Part shown: positions 48,794-58,660 of the stretch, piece after piece | Position numbering within the stretch: position 1 is the first letter of the stretch | Layout of the letters: the number at the start of each line of letters is the position of its first letter | Notes under the pieces: generated by a model | Seen by the model: the letters and a program-made list of their open reading frames with translations, nothing else | What the model was told of the DNA's origin: nothing | Databases searched by the model: none | Origin: an uncultured Methanobrevibacter sp. | Lineage (GTDB): Archaea; Methanobacteriota; Methanobacteria; Methanobacteriales; Methanobacteriaceae | NCBI RefSeq assembly: GCF_902785855.1 | Contig: NZ_CADAAJ010000001.1 | Direction: 5' to 3' (one strand) | DNA: 64,000 bases | Translations under genes and position numbers: made by a program

Positions 48794-51169
48794 TTGATTA
48801 TGTTAGTTTTTATCACTATTAACGGCGTATGTGCTGGTGAATTAGAAAATAACACTATTTTAAGTGCAGATTCATCTACTCATGAAATTGCTGTAACAAA
48901 TGATGAAAAAATGATTTTAGGTGACAATGGTGATTATGATGCATTTCAAGATAAATATAATGCAGGAAACACTATTGAATTAGAGAATAATTATACTTTT
49001 TCTAACGAATTTGAAATTAGTAAAGATGTTACTATAAATGGTAATGGATATTCCATTAAAGCAAGTGGTGAAAATAGGATTTTTACTATTTCCAATGAAG
49101 CTAAGGTTATTCTAAATAATATCACATTTTTGAATGGTAATCCATTAGATGTGGGTGGATCCATTTATATTTATGGTACTTCTAATGTTGAAATAAATAA
49201 CTGTGTATTTAAAAATAACTCTGCTTTGGATGGTGGAGCTATATATTGTGAAGGGTCTAATTGTACTATAACTAATTCTAAGTTTTATGATAATGTTCAG
49301 GATAATCCTTCTACTAATGTTCAGGATAATCCTTCTACTAATTATGGTGGTGGAGGAGCAATTTATCTCATAGATTCGAATGCAAATATTCAAAATTGTG
49401 AATTTATAAATAATAGTGCATCTATTTATGCAGCGGCTATTTATTTTGAGGAATCTAGTGAGACAGTTTCATTATCTGTAAATAATTCGATATTTAGAAA
49501 GAATAATGCAACAAATAGTATTAATGAAGGAAACTATGGTGCAATTTATGTATATGGTGGCAATTTCTTAATATATAATTCTAAATTCGAAAATAATTAT
49601 GCGGATTATGGTGGTGCAATTGGAGTCACTGATTGTTATGGAGTTATACATAATTCAACTTTCAGTGATAATGAGGCATTTTATTATGCGGGTGCAATCA
49701 ATGCGGAAGCTATGGAACTTTTAATTTCAAACAGTTCTTTTATAAATAATAAAATCATTGGACCTTACGATGAGGAGGCAGATTTTATAGAAGACACACA
49801 GGCAGGAGGTGCAATTGTTTGGTTTACTAATAAAGGAAGTATTGTAAATTCAAAATTTATTAATAATCAAGCAAAATCTGGTTCTTCTATTATTATTACT
49901 TATGATTGTATTTGTGAAATTAATGGGTCTACATTTAGTGATGAAGCTAATTCTTATGCTATTTACAATTTAAATTCTGAATTACAATTAAATAATAATG
50001 TTTTGGATAAAAATAATTTCATTTATAATAGTTATTTAATATCTTCTAAGACATTTATTGTTGTTTTAAATAACAATACATTTAATTTAAATCCAAATTC
50101 TAAAATGGCTTTAACTGCTCGGGTTACTGACGATAATAATAATACTATTATTTTTAGTAGCGATTTTGATTCTATGATATTATTAAAATTTTTGATTAAT
50201 GATGATGAAATTGAAGCATACTGTGATGATGCTGGTCTTTGGGCAGCAAAAGATGAATATGAATTCAATCAAAGTTGCATTGTATCTGCAAATATTTTAT
50301 TTGTTGATTCACCTATCGAACCTTTAAATGATACTGGAGTTAAATTTGCTTCAATTAATATGGGCAAAAATGAAACCAATCCTTCAATTATAATGTCAGA
50401 TGTAATAATATCTTATAATAGTAAAATTCCTTTCACTGCTATATTTAAAGATGAAAACGGTGAACCATTAAAAAATACTTCTGTTGTATTCATTTTATTA
50501 AATACATATCATCCAGTAACAACAGATTCTAATGGTAGTGCAGATTTCCTTGTATTATTGGATGTTGGAGTTTATAACATCACGGCAGTTAATACTGTAA
50601 CTGCTGAAAACTTAACAAAAACTTTAACAATTTGCCCAAGAATTACAGAAAATATTAATCTGACAAAAGATTATCTTGAAGATGATTATTTTAAAGTACT
50701 TGCTCTTGGGGATGATGGAAAACCTGCAGGTGCTGGTGAAATTGTTAAAATTACTGTAAATGGTGTTACTTATGAACGTATCACAGATGAAAATGGTTAT
50801 GCAACTTTACCAATTAGATTAATTCCTGGAAAATATCCAATATCTGTTGAATACTGCGGATTCAGTACTTCTAATGTTGTTATTGTAAAACAGATTCTCA
50901 AAACTAAAAAAGTTAAAGTAAAAAAATCTGCTGATAGGTTTAAAATCACTGCATCTTTAAAAACAAGTAGTGGAAAACCAATTGTGGGTAAAACAATTTT
51001 CTTTAAATTTAAAGGAAAAAAATATAAAGCTACTACTAATTCCAAAGGAAAAGCAAAAATTATCATTAAAAAGAATATCATCAATAAACTTAAAATTGGT
51101 AAAAAATATAAAGTTAAACTCCGTTATATTGATGATAGAGTAAACACATTTGTTATTGTTAAAAAATAG
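48794..51169 (+). CDS. Adhesin-like protein (PbH1 repeats, Ig-like domains, Lys-rich C-terminal module); 5' end uncertain
   Basis: The frame is open from 48746. GGAIY rungs are present, and the C-terminus reads FFKFKGKKYKATTNSKGKAKIIIKK. See the finding on the G5 tract at the start. Confidence 0.85.
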   Translation: MIMLVFITINGVCAGELENNTILSADSSTHEIAVTNDEKMILGDNGDYDAFQDKYNAGNTIELENNYTFSNEFEISKDVTINGNGYSIKASGENRIFTISNEAKVILNNITFLNGNPLDVGGSIYIYGTSNVEINNCVFKNNSALDGGAIYCEGSNCTITNSKFYDNVQDNPSTNVQDNPSTNYGGGGAIYLIDSNANIQNCEFINNSASIYAAAIYFEESSETVSLSVNNSIFRKNNATNSINEGNYGAIYVYGGNFLIYNSKFENNYADYGGAIGVTDCYGVIHNSTFSDNEAFYYAGAINAEAMELLISNSSFINNKIIGPYDEEADFIEDTQAGGAIVWFTNKGSIVNSKFINNQAKSGSSIIITYDCICEINGSTFSDEANSYAIYNLNSELQLNNNVLDKNNFIYNSYLISSKTFIVVLNNNTFNLNPNSKMALTARVTDDNNNTIIFSSDFDSMILLKFLINDDEIEAYCDDAGLWAAKDEYEFNQSCIVSANILFVDSPIEPLNDTGVKFASINMGKNETNPSIIMSDVIISYNSKIPFTAIFKDENGEPLKNTSVVFILLNTYHPVTTDSNGSADFLVLLDVGVYNITAVNTVTAENLTKTLTICPRITENINLTKDYLEDDYFKVLALGDDGKPAGAGEIVKITVNGVTYERITDENGYATLPIRLIPGKYPISVEYCGFSTSNVVIVKQILKTKKVKVKKSADRFKITASLKTSSGKPIVGKTIFFKFKGKKYKATTNSKGKAKIIIKKNIINKLKIGKKYKVKLRYIDDRVNTFVIVKK
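49295..49342 (+). repeat. Perfect 24-bp in-frame tandem duplication
   Basis: GTTCAGGATAATCCTTCTACTAAT occurs twice in tandem and encodes VQDNPSTN twice. Confidence 0.95.
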
Positions 51170-51196
51170 AGGAAATCCTCTATTTTTCTTATTTTT

Positions 51197-51604
51197 TTAA
51201 TATTTGAAGGTATAAGTTTCTTCAATTTCCATCATATTTCTAATTTCTGCTGTTGCATTATCAATGTAGAAAACACCCATTTCCCAGTTATTAGCTTTGT
51301 AGATTTCTGCTATTTCAGGCATTAATTCAAATGCTTTTTGAGTTACAGTTTCATTTTTTTCTAAATTTGCAGTTCCGTAATATCTTAAGAAATGTTTTCC
51401 GTCCCATGCAACAATTTCTAATTTAGGATTAGTTTCAAGTTGTTTATAAACATCTTTAAATGTACCTACTCCGAAATATATTTTGTCTTCATGCAATAAA
51501 TGAAAACCTAATGGTCTGCATTTTGGCTGATCGCCATCAACAGTTGCCAAGTAAAATACTTCTACATTTTCTAAAAATTCATTAATTTTTTCAATTTCTG
51601 ACAT
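51197..51604 (-). CDS. Pyridoxamine 5'-phosphate oxidase-like FMN-binding split-barrel protein
   Basis: FYLATVDGDQPKCRPLG and the roughly 135-aa size support this. Confidence 0.7.
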   Translation of the reverse strand: MSEIEKINEFLENVEVFYLATVDGDQPKCRPLGFHLLHEDKIYFGVGTFKDVYKQLETNPKLEIVAWDGKHFLRYYGTANLEKNETVTQKAFELMPEIAEIYKANNWEMGVFYIDNATAEIRNMMEIEETYTFKY

Positions 51605-51619
51605 TAAATCACCTTTTAA

Positions 51620-52156
51620 TTAATATTTAAAACAATCTTTTTGATGATTGTCAATAACACCAATTGATTCAAGATAAGAATAAATAATTGTTGGGCCGAC
51701 AAATTTCATTCCACGTTTTTTTAAATCTTTTGAAATTTTTTTAGATAATTCTGATTCAGTTAAATATTCTGCTTTTATAATTTCACCATTGGTAAATCCC
51801 CAGATATAGTCATCAAAACTACCAAATTCATTTTGAATTTCAATAAACACATGTGCATTGTTAATTGCTGAAGTTATTTTACCTTTATGGCGTATAATCT
51901 TTTCATTATCTAAAAGTTCATTAATTTTTTCTTTATCATAGTTGGCTACTTTAACAACATCAAAATTATCAAATGATTTTTCAAAATCTTTGCGTTTTTT
52001 TAATATTGTAATCCATGATAACCCTGCTTGAAATGATTCTAATACTAACATTTCGAATAATTTTTTATCATCATGAGTTGGAATTCCCCATTCTTCATCA
52101 TGGTATTTAATATAAATCTCTTCACTTCCTGCCCATGTACAACGTTTTTTTCTCAT
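51620..52156 (-). CDS. tag: DNA-3-methyladenine glycosylase I
   Basis: RCTWA..., YHDEEWG.P, LESFQAGLSWITILKKR and C-terminal Zn ligands are present. Confidence 0.9.
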   Translation of the reverse strand: MRKKRCTWAGSEEIYIKYHDEEWGIPTHDDKKLFEMLVLESFQAGLSWITILKKRKDFEKSFDNFDVVKVANYDKEKINELLDNEKIIRHKGKITSAINNAHVFIEIQNEFGSFDDYIWGFTNGEIIKAEYLTESELSKKISKDLKKRGMKFVGPTIIYSYLESIGVIDNHQKDCFKY

Positions 52157-52308
52157 AATAATACTTATTATAAATATTGTTTAAATATATTTTTAATGAA
52201 AATTCTCCTATTTGGTGAAGTAATATCTTTTAGAAAAAATGTTTCACAAACAACAATTTTAATAAACTATAAACCTTATAAATTAAATATAATATGGGGC
52301 TGATTAAT

Positions 52309-53451
52309 ATGACAAAATTAGGTATGGGAATGATGAGACTTCCTTTATTGGATGAGAATGATTTTAAAAGTGTAGATTATGAACAGGTAAATAAAATGGT
52401 TGATGAATATATGGATGAGGGGTTTAATCATTTTGACACTGCATATATTTATCATGAAGGAGTATCTGAAGATGTATTTAAAAAATGTGTTGTTGAGCGT
52501 TATCCAAGGGAATCTTTTAAAATTGCAACTAAATTACCTTTATTTGTAATTACTGAAGAGTCACAATTAGAACCATTATTCAAAGACCAACTTAAAAAAT
52601 GTGGTGTAGATTACTTTGATTATTACATGTTACATAATGTAAGTGGTTTTACAGAAACTGCATGGAAAAATGTTGATTTATATTCATTTATTCAAAAGAA
52701 AAAAGAAGAAGGTTACATCAAACACATTGGTTTATCTACACATGGGAACGCTGAATTTTTAGAAGAAATATTGGTTGAACATCCTGAATTGGAATTTGTT
52801 TTACTTCAGATTAATTATCTTGACTGGGAAGATGAGGGCATTGAGTCAAAAAAATGTTTGGAAGTTGCAAGAAAATACAACAAACCTGTAATGATTATGG
52901 AGCCTTATAAAGGAGGATTTCTTGCAGATGTTCCTGATGAAGCAGAAAAAATCATGAAAGATTATAATCCTGATAAATCTGTTGTATCATGGGCAATGAG
53001 ATTTGTTGCTAATCTTGATGATGTTTGTGTTGTTTTAACTGGTGCAAGTAATCTTAAACAACTAAAAGATAATATTTCTGAATTTAAAAATGCTGATCCG
53101 TTAAATGATGAAGAATTAGATATTTTAAAAAAGGTTTCTGAGATAATTAACAGCAATATCACTGTGGACTGTACAAAATGCAGATATTGTGTTGATTCAT
53201 GTTCTAGTGAAATTGATATTGCAAAAATCTTTGATTTATATAATAAACATAAAATGCTCGATACTGATGAATGGACACAATTAGGTAATGCATATTTGAA
53301 CTATTCAAAACTTCCAGGTGTTGGTATAGCATCAGATTGTATTGAATGTGATTTATGTATTGAAGAATGTCCGCAGGAGATTAATATTCCTGAAGTATTA
53401 AAAGATGTTGCCGAAACTTTTGAAACAGAAATTTACGGATTTAAAAATTAA
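52309..53451 (+). CDS. Aldo/keto reductase with a C-terminal 4Fe-4S domain
   Basis: LGMGMMRLP, FDTAYIYHEG, and the C-terminal CTKCRYCVDSC / CIECDLCIEECP motifs are present. Confidence 0.85.
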   Translation: MTKLGMGMMRLPLLDENDFKSVDYEQVNKMVDEYMDEGFNHFDTAYIYHEGVSEDVFKKCVVERYPRESFKIATKLPLFVITEESQLEPLFKDQLKKCGVDYFDYYMLHNVSGFTETAWKNVDLYSFIQKKKEEGYIKHIGLSTHGNAEFLEEILVEHPELEFVLLQINYLDWEDEGIESKKCLEVARKYNKPVMIMEPYKGGFLADVPDEAEKIMKDYNPDKSVVSWAMRFVANLDDVCVVLTGASNLKQLKDNISEFKNADPLNDEELDILKKVSEIINSNITVDCTKCRYCVDSCSSEIDIAKIFDLYNKHKMLDTDEWTQLGNAYLNYSKLPGVGIASDCIECDLCIEECPQEINIPEVLKDVAETFETEIYGFKN

Positions 53452-53513
53452 GTTAATTTTAATAATAATTAATCATATAATTATAAATAGTTATTTTATT
53501 GAAGGTTTTAATT

Positions 53514-53864
53514 ATGATTCCCGGTATGAATAAAAAACAAATGAAACAGATGGAAAGACAAATGAAAAAAATGGGTATGAAAATGGAAGACCTTGAAGGT
53601 GTTCAGGAAGTTATTATTCGTTTTGAAGATAAAGAATTAATCATTGATGAGCCTAGTGTAAGTTTAATGAATGTAATGGGTCAGGAAACTTACCAAATTG
53701 AAGGAAAAGCTCGTGAAGTTGAAGTAGAATATGAAATTGAAATTCCTGACGATGATATTGAAATGGTAGCTAATAGTGCTAATGTTTCTAATGAAGAAGC
53801 AAGAGCAGCTTTAGAAGAATGTAAAGGGGATCTTGCAGAAGCAATAATGAAATTAAATCAGTAG
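53514..53864 (+). CDS. nac: Nascent polypeptide-associated complex protein (archaeal NAC)
   Basis: MIPGMNKKQMKQMERQMKKMGM, a NAC beta-barrel and the UBA-like tail EEARAALEECKGDLAEAIMKL are present. GAAGG lies 8 nt upstream of the ATG. Confidence 0.88.
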   Translation: MIPGMNKKQMKQMERQMKKMGMKMEDLEGVQEVIIRFEDKELIIDEPSVSLMNVMGQETYQIEGKAREVEVEYEIEIPDDDIEMVANSANVSNEEARAALEECKGDLAEAIMKLNQ

Positions 53865-53869
53865 ATAAC

Positions 53870-54613
53870 ATGACTCTTATTGTACATATTTCAGATCTGC
53901 ATATAAGTGATGGTGATTTTGATGAAGAAATATTTCTTGATGCAGTTGAAGAAATAAATAATTTAAATCCTGATATGATTATTTTAACAGGGGATATTAC
54001 AAATAATGGTTATCATAAACAATATGAAAGGGCAACTAAATATTTGGAAATGTTTGAACCACCATTATTTGCAATTCCTGGAAATCATGATGTTCGTAAT
54101 TTAGGATATCAGTCTTTTGAAGAATTAGTAGGGGAGAGAAGCTGGAAATTAACAATGGATGATAATTTTACAGTTATTGGTCTTGATAGTGCATCACCAG
54201 ATGAAAATAAAGGTCATGTTGGTACTCCTCAACATATGTGGTTAGAACATCAGCTTGATGAATGTGTAATTAATGATAATTTTTCCATTGTTGCTTTACA
54301 CCATCATGTAATTCCTATTCCTCAAACTGGTCGTGAACGTAATGTTTTATCTGATGCTGGAGATATTTTAAAAACATTAACAACTCATGAAGTTGATTTA
54401 GTATTGTGTGGACATAAACATGTTCCGAATATCTGGAAAATAAATAATACATTGATAGTTAATGCAGGTTCGTTATGCTCTCATAAGCTTAGGGGAAAAA
54501 TTGGGAATTCTTTTAATATTTATAATATTACAGATAATGAAATTGAGATTTATCTTAATAATATTGATGATGAAAAATTATTATTTGGAAAATATGAGCG
54601 CAACAAATTATAA
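53870..54613 (+). CDS. Calcineurin-like metallophosphoesterase (Icc/CpdA-like architecture)
   Basis: The motifs ISDLHISDG, TGDITNNG, GNHD, LHHHV and CGHKH are present in the canonical order. Confidence 0.85.
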   Translation: MTLIVHISDLHISDGDFDEEIFLDAVEEINNLNPDMIILTGDITNNGYHKQYERATKYLEMFEPPLFAIPGNHDVRNLGYQSFEELVGERSWKLTMDDNFTVIGLDSASPDENKGHVGTPQHMWLEHQLDECVINDNFSIVALHHHVIPIPQTGRERNVLSDAGDILKTLTTHEVDLVLCGHKHVPNIWKINNTLIVNAGSLCSHKLRGKIGNSFNIYNITDNEIEIYLNNIDDEKLLFGKYERNKL

Positions 54614-54692
54614 CTTAAATTTAAATATTTAATTGGATAAATATATTATACTGTAATTGTATAAATTTTTGTAAAATTTTTTAGGTGATATT

Positions 54693-55721
54693 ATGAAAGT
54701 GGTCATAGATGCTTCTAATGTGGCTCATCATGTTAAAAATAAAGATGGACAACCTCAAATGTCTAATATTCTTGCTGCTGTTAAAGCATTAGAAGAAAGT
54801 GGAGATGAATTCGTAATAATTGCTGATGCATCACTTCGTCATGAAATTGATGATAAAGAAAGTTTTGAGAAATTGTTGGAAAGTGAAAATGTAGAAGAAG
54901 TTCCGGCAGGTAATGATGCAGATCATTTTATTTTAGATATTGCTAGTCGTGAGAAAGCAAAAGTATTATCTAATGATAAATTCAGAGATTATGCTGCTGA
55001 ATTTAGACAAATTGCCTCTATGAGAATCCCATTTGTTATTAGTAATGGCAGACTCACATTTGGAAAACCTAAAAAACCTAAAAAAGATAAAAACATCCTT
55101 CAACATATTTGTGATGAGATTATTAAAGAATTAAACTTTAAAAAATGGGAAATATATACTGGTAAAGAGGGTTTAGAGATTTCTCCATTGAATATTGCAA
55201 AACAAGCTATTATTCGTATTGACAGTGAAAATAATACTGAATCAAAATTGGAAAATGTTTTTGCAAAAATACCTATGTTTAATAAAATCGTTGAGATGGT
55301 TGATGATGTTGAAATTGCAGCACCATATGTAATTTTTGTTTTGGTGCATCCTAAAGATTATAAAATTGCAGTTAAAAATGCAGGAAATATATCTGTTACT
55401 ATATCAGACAGATTAGGTCTTGAGAAAAAGCCTTTAATTGCAGTTCGAAATGATTTATTTACAAAACCTGGAACTTTTGAATTAAATATTATGTTAGCAG
55501 ATGAAGTTAGTCAAACTGCTCCATATAATGTTTTAGTTCGTGTTTCTGAACATGATGAAGTTTTTATTAAAAAGAATTCCAGAAATATTGCAAGTACTAT
55601 TGCTGGAAGACTGGGATCTTGGAAATTCCCATTTGTTTCCGTAAAACCGGATATGCTTTTAGAAAAACCCGGTGCTTTTGAAATAGAATTGGAAAAAGGT
55701 GGGGATTTAGATGGTGAGTAG
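54693..55721 (+). CDS. NYN/Zc3h12a-like ribonuclease domain protein with two C-terminal internal repeats
   Basis: The N-terminus reads MKVVIDASNVAH...IIADASL...GNDADHFIL...LSNDKF, a PIN-like acidic residue set. Two repeats of about 60 aa follow (YVIFVLVHPKDY...PGTFELNI and YNVLVRVSEHDE...PGAFEIEL). Confidence 0.6.
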   Translation: MKVVIDASNVAHHVKNKDGQPQMSNILAAVKALEESGDEFVIIADASLRHEIDDKESFEKLLESENVEEVPAGNDADHFILDIASREKAKVLSNDKFRDYAAEFRQIASMRIPFVISNGRLTFGKPKKPKKDKNILQHICDEIIKELNFKKWEIYTGKEGLEISPLNIAKQAIIRIDSENNTESKLENVFAKIPMFNKIVEMVDDVEIAAPYVIFVLVHPKDYKIAVKNAGNISVTISDRLGLEKKPLIAVRNDLFTKPGTFELNIMLADEVSQTAPYNVLVRVSEHDEVFIKKNSRNIASTIAGRLGSWKFPFVSVKPDMLLEKPGAFEIELEKGGDLDGE

Positions 55722-56913
55722 TTTAACTAAATCAGTTATTAAATTTACTTCCAAACTCAATCCAATTTCTGTTGGAACTAAATTTTTTCCAACAAATTCT
55801 CTTGAAACAGAGTATGTAGAATTATTTAATTATACTCAAACTATCCTTTTTGAAATTGAAAAGGCAGAAATTACTTCAGATACTATTTTGGAAAATCTTG
55901 TTCGTGATGTTGGAGCTGAAAATCTCCCAAAAGATTACACATTTCATGAATTAAAACCAGCAGAAAATAAAATTGAAGAATATGCTTTAGTAAGTAATAT
56001 TGTAATGGGTAGTGATCGTTATTTTTACATTGAACTTCCATATCCTTCTCGTTTAATTAATATTTTTGTTAAAATAATTGAAAATGAACGTGGAGAAATT
56101 GTGGAAAAAACAGCTACTGAACTTGTTGCAAAAATGTTAAGTAAAAATGATGCTATTCGTGTTGCCATTGAACTTATTGGTATAGGACTTTCAGAAGGAG
56201 TTCAAGTTATCTCTGCTGTTGGAATGACTGGTGCTGCTTCAATTGAAAGAGCAATTCATTATACTCAAAGCGTAGGTAGTTTTCCAGGTATTGCTTTTAC
56301 AAAATTAGGTGGTGAATATGCACTTGTTTTTGATTCACCATTTTTATTAGAAGAATCTAGGCCTGTTGATTTAGAAAACTATTTGTTTATTGATTTAATT
56401 GATTCAACTAAATTTATTAGTAAAAATGGTAGGAATCAATTGGTAGAATTAATGACTGGTATTAAAAATTTCATTGAAACAGAGTGTGACGGTGAACTTG
56501 AAGGTTATAGGGAAGGAGGAGATGATTTTATTGCTAGATTCCCATCTAAAGATTTAGCTATACGTGCGGGTCTTGATGCTGCTTGGTTTGCTTTGGATAA
56601 TGGTGCTAAAATTAGAGCTGGAATCGGTAGAAGTAGAAGGGAAGCTGGTGAAAGAGCACAAATGGTTGATGATTTAAAATCTTCATCTCCATTATCATTA
56701 GTTATTTTTGAGTTAGCTAATGGATTATATGCATATAATATTCCTTCAGAATTCTCAAGAACATTAATTAACCTTGTTGAGAATGAAAAAGCTAAATTAA
56801 TTGGAATATTTATATTTGTATTTTTATTTGCTTATTTGATGTCAGTTATTGGATTGGGAGTATTTAGTTTTGTTGGAGTTATTATAGCTCTTGTATATGC
56901 TATTATAATTTAA
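55711..56913 (+). CDS. Membrane-anchored protein with a nucleotidyl-cyclase/GGDEF-like palm motif set
   Basis: The ATG overlaps the NYN gene by 11 nt. YLFIDLIDSTKF ... YREGGDDFIARF ... KIRAGIGRS resembles the class III cyclase blocks (F.D..gST, GD..ma.F, R.GI..G) and GGDEF. A C-terminal transmembrane helix is present. Confidence 0.4.
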   Translation: MVSSLTKSVIKFTSKLNPISVGTKFFPTNSLETEYVELFNYTQTILFEIEKAEITSDTILENLVRDVGAENLPKDYTFHELKPAENKIEEYALVSNIVMGSDRYFYIELPYPSRLINIFVKIIENERGEIVEKTATELVAKMLSKNDAIRVAIELIGIGLSEGVQVISAVGMTGAASIERAIHYTQSVGSFPGIAFTKLGGEYALVFDSPFLLEESRPVDLENYLFIDLIDSTKFISKNGRNQLVELMTGIKNFIETECDGELEGYREGGDDFIARFPSKDLAIRAGLDAAWFALDNGAKIRAGIGRSRREAGERAQMVDDLKSSSPLSLVIFELANGLYAYNIPSEFSRTLINLVENEKAKLIGIFIFVFLFAYLMSVIGLGVFSFVGVIIALVYAIII

Positions 56914-56935
56914 TTAATTAAGAAGAGTATTTAAT

Positions 56936-57325
56936 ATGAGACGAAAAAAACAGGATAAGAGGGTTTTAATACCTAGGAACAATAGTTCGCAGCGCTCTAT
57001 GGGTCAAAGACGCTCTCCCAGGTTTATGCCGAGGGAACAAAATAGGCGTCATGATGCTCCTAATAAAACAAATGGACTTTTCATGCTTGTTGTAATTATT
57101 GCATTAATTGCTTTTGTTATTGGTGCCGGTTTTGGTGTTTCATTAAGTTTTGATGATGGAAATTCTACTAAAGAAAATGTGTCTCATGTTCAAAATGTAA
57201 CAAAAGAGATGACTACTGATTTAAATCAAACTAATACAGTTAGTTTTGATAAAAAATATGATGGTGTTGATTATAATAACAAATCTTCAGTAGCAACTAC
57301 TAAACATAATAAATCGGTTAATTAA
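56936..57325 (+). CDS. Single-pass membrane protein with an Arg-rich N-terminus
   Basis: MRRKKQDKR...RRSPRFMPREQNRRH is followed by the transmembrane helix LFMLVVIIALIAFVIGAGFGV. Confidence 0.5.
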   Translation: MRRKKQDKRVLIPRNNSSQRSMGQRRSPRFMPREQNRRHDAPNKTNGLFMLVVIIALIAFVIGAGFGVSLSFDDGNSTKENVSHVQNVTKEMTTDLNQTNTVSFDKKYDGVDYNNKSSVATTKHNKSVN

Positions 57326-57343
57326 TATTTTTCAGTGATTTTT

Positions 57344-58567
57344 ATGGATTTTATTAAAAAATTAGATGGTGGATTTTCAGTAATTGATAATTTAAATGTA
57401 TCTGGTGCTAGTGAAGGAAAATATGGAGTATGTATTATACATTGTCCTAATAGTACGGTATCTGGTGTATTTACTTCAAATAAAGTTGTTGCAGCTCCTG
57501 TTAAATATACAAAAAATGTAATAAAAAATGGTGTTGTTTCAGCTGTTTTTGTTAACAGTGGTAATGCAAATTGTTTTACTGGAGAACAGGGGATTAAAGA
57601 TTGTGAAACATTAGTTAATCTTGTTTCAAAAGATTTAAATATACCATTTGATGAAATTGCTATTTCATCTACTGGTGTTATTGGTCGTAAAATGCCTATT
57701 GATATTATTTCAAAAGTAGCATATGACTCTATTTCTAAATTGGGTAATACTGCTGAAAACTCGCTTGCTGCTGCAAAAGCTATCATGACAACTGATACTT
57801 TTCCAAAGGAATCTGCTGTTGAAGTTACATTAAAAAACGGAAAAAAAGTTAAAATTGCAGGTATTACTAAAGGAAGTGGTATGATAGCACCTAATATGGG
57901 AACAATGTTATCATTTATTGTTAGTGATGCTATTATTCCTGCAGATTATATTAAAAAAGCTATTAAAAAAGCAGCTGATGTTAGTTTTAACATGATTGTT
58001 GTTGATGGTGATGAAAGTACTAATGACACATGTTTATTAATGGCAAATGGGGCTTCTGGTGTTGAAGTTGTAGAAAATGATGAAATTGATTCTAATTTTC
58101 AGGAAGCTTTAAATTATTTATGTATTGATTTAGCTCGTAAAATGGCTCGTGATGGTGAAGGGGCCACTAAATTCATTGAAACTAATGTTTATGGTGCAAA
58201 AAGTATTGAAGATGCAAAACTTGCAGCTAAATCTATAATATCCTCCAGTCTTTTTAAATCCGCAGTATTTGGAGGAGATCCTAATTGGGGAAGAATTGTC
58301 TCTGCAATTGGTTATTCTGGAGCTGAATTAAATCCGGATATTGTAACAATTGCTATTGGTGATGAGTCTGATGATGTGGATTTAGTCAGAAATGGTGAAA
58401 TTTTAGCTTTTGATGATACACCTTATCTTGAAAGAGCTGAAAAGATAATGCAATCAAAAAATATTACTGTAAATATTAATTTAAATTTAGGTGAAGGTAA
58501 AGCAACTGCTTGGGGTTGTGATTTAACATATGATTATGTGAAAATTAATGCTGAATATACTACTTAA
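57344..58567 (+). CDS. argJ: Bifunctional ornithine acetyltransferase/N-acetylglutamate synthase
   Basis: NSGNANCFTG, TTDT, the PNMGTMLSF autoprocessing site and GDPNWGRI are present. ATG 57344 is preferred over GTG 57335. Confidence 0.92.
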   Translation: MDFIKKLDGGFSVIDNLNVSGASEGKYGVCIIHCPNSTVSGVFTSNKVVAAPVKYTKNVIKNGVVSAVFVNSGNANCFTGEQGIKDCETLVNLVSKDLNIPFDEIAISSTGVIGRKMPIDIISKVAYDSISKLGNTAENSLAAAKAIMTTDTFPKESAVEVTLKNGKKVKIAGITKGSGMIAPNMGTMLSFIVSDAIIPADYIKKAIKKAADVSFNMIVVDGDESTNDTCLLMANGASGVEVVENDEIDSNFQEALNYLCIDLARKMARDGEGATKFIETNVYGAKSIEDAKLAAKSIISSSLFKSAVFGGDPNWGRIVSAIGYSGAELNPDIVTIAIGDESDDVDLVRNGEILAFDDTPYLERAEKIMQSKNITVNINLNLGEGKATAWGCDLTYDYVKINAEYTT

Positions 58568-58660
58568 AGAAAAGTTTTAAATATGTTGAAAACAAATATT
58601 TTTTTGTTATAGATTTGATTCTAATTTAATTATATATATTAATTTTAAGGAGGGAAGAAT

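Noticed and set aside
57322-57786. 154-aa minus-strand ORF
   Set aside because: It is antisense to the 5' part of argJ, which has unambiguous ArgJ motifs. No motif was recognised in this ORF.
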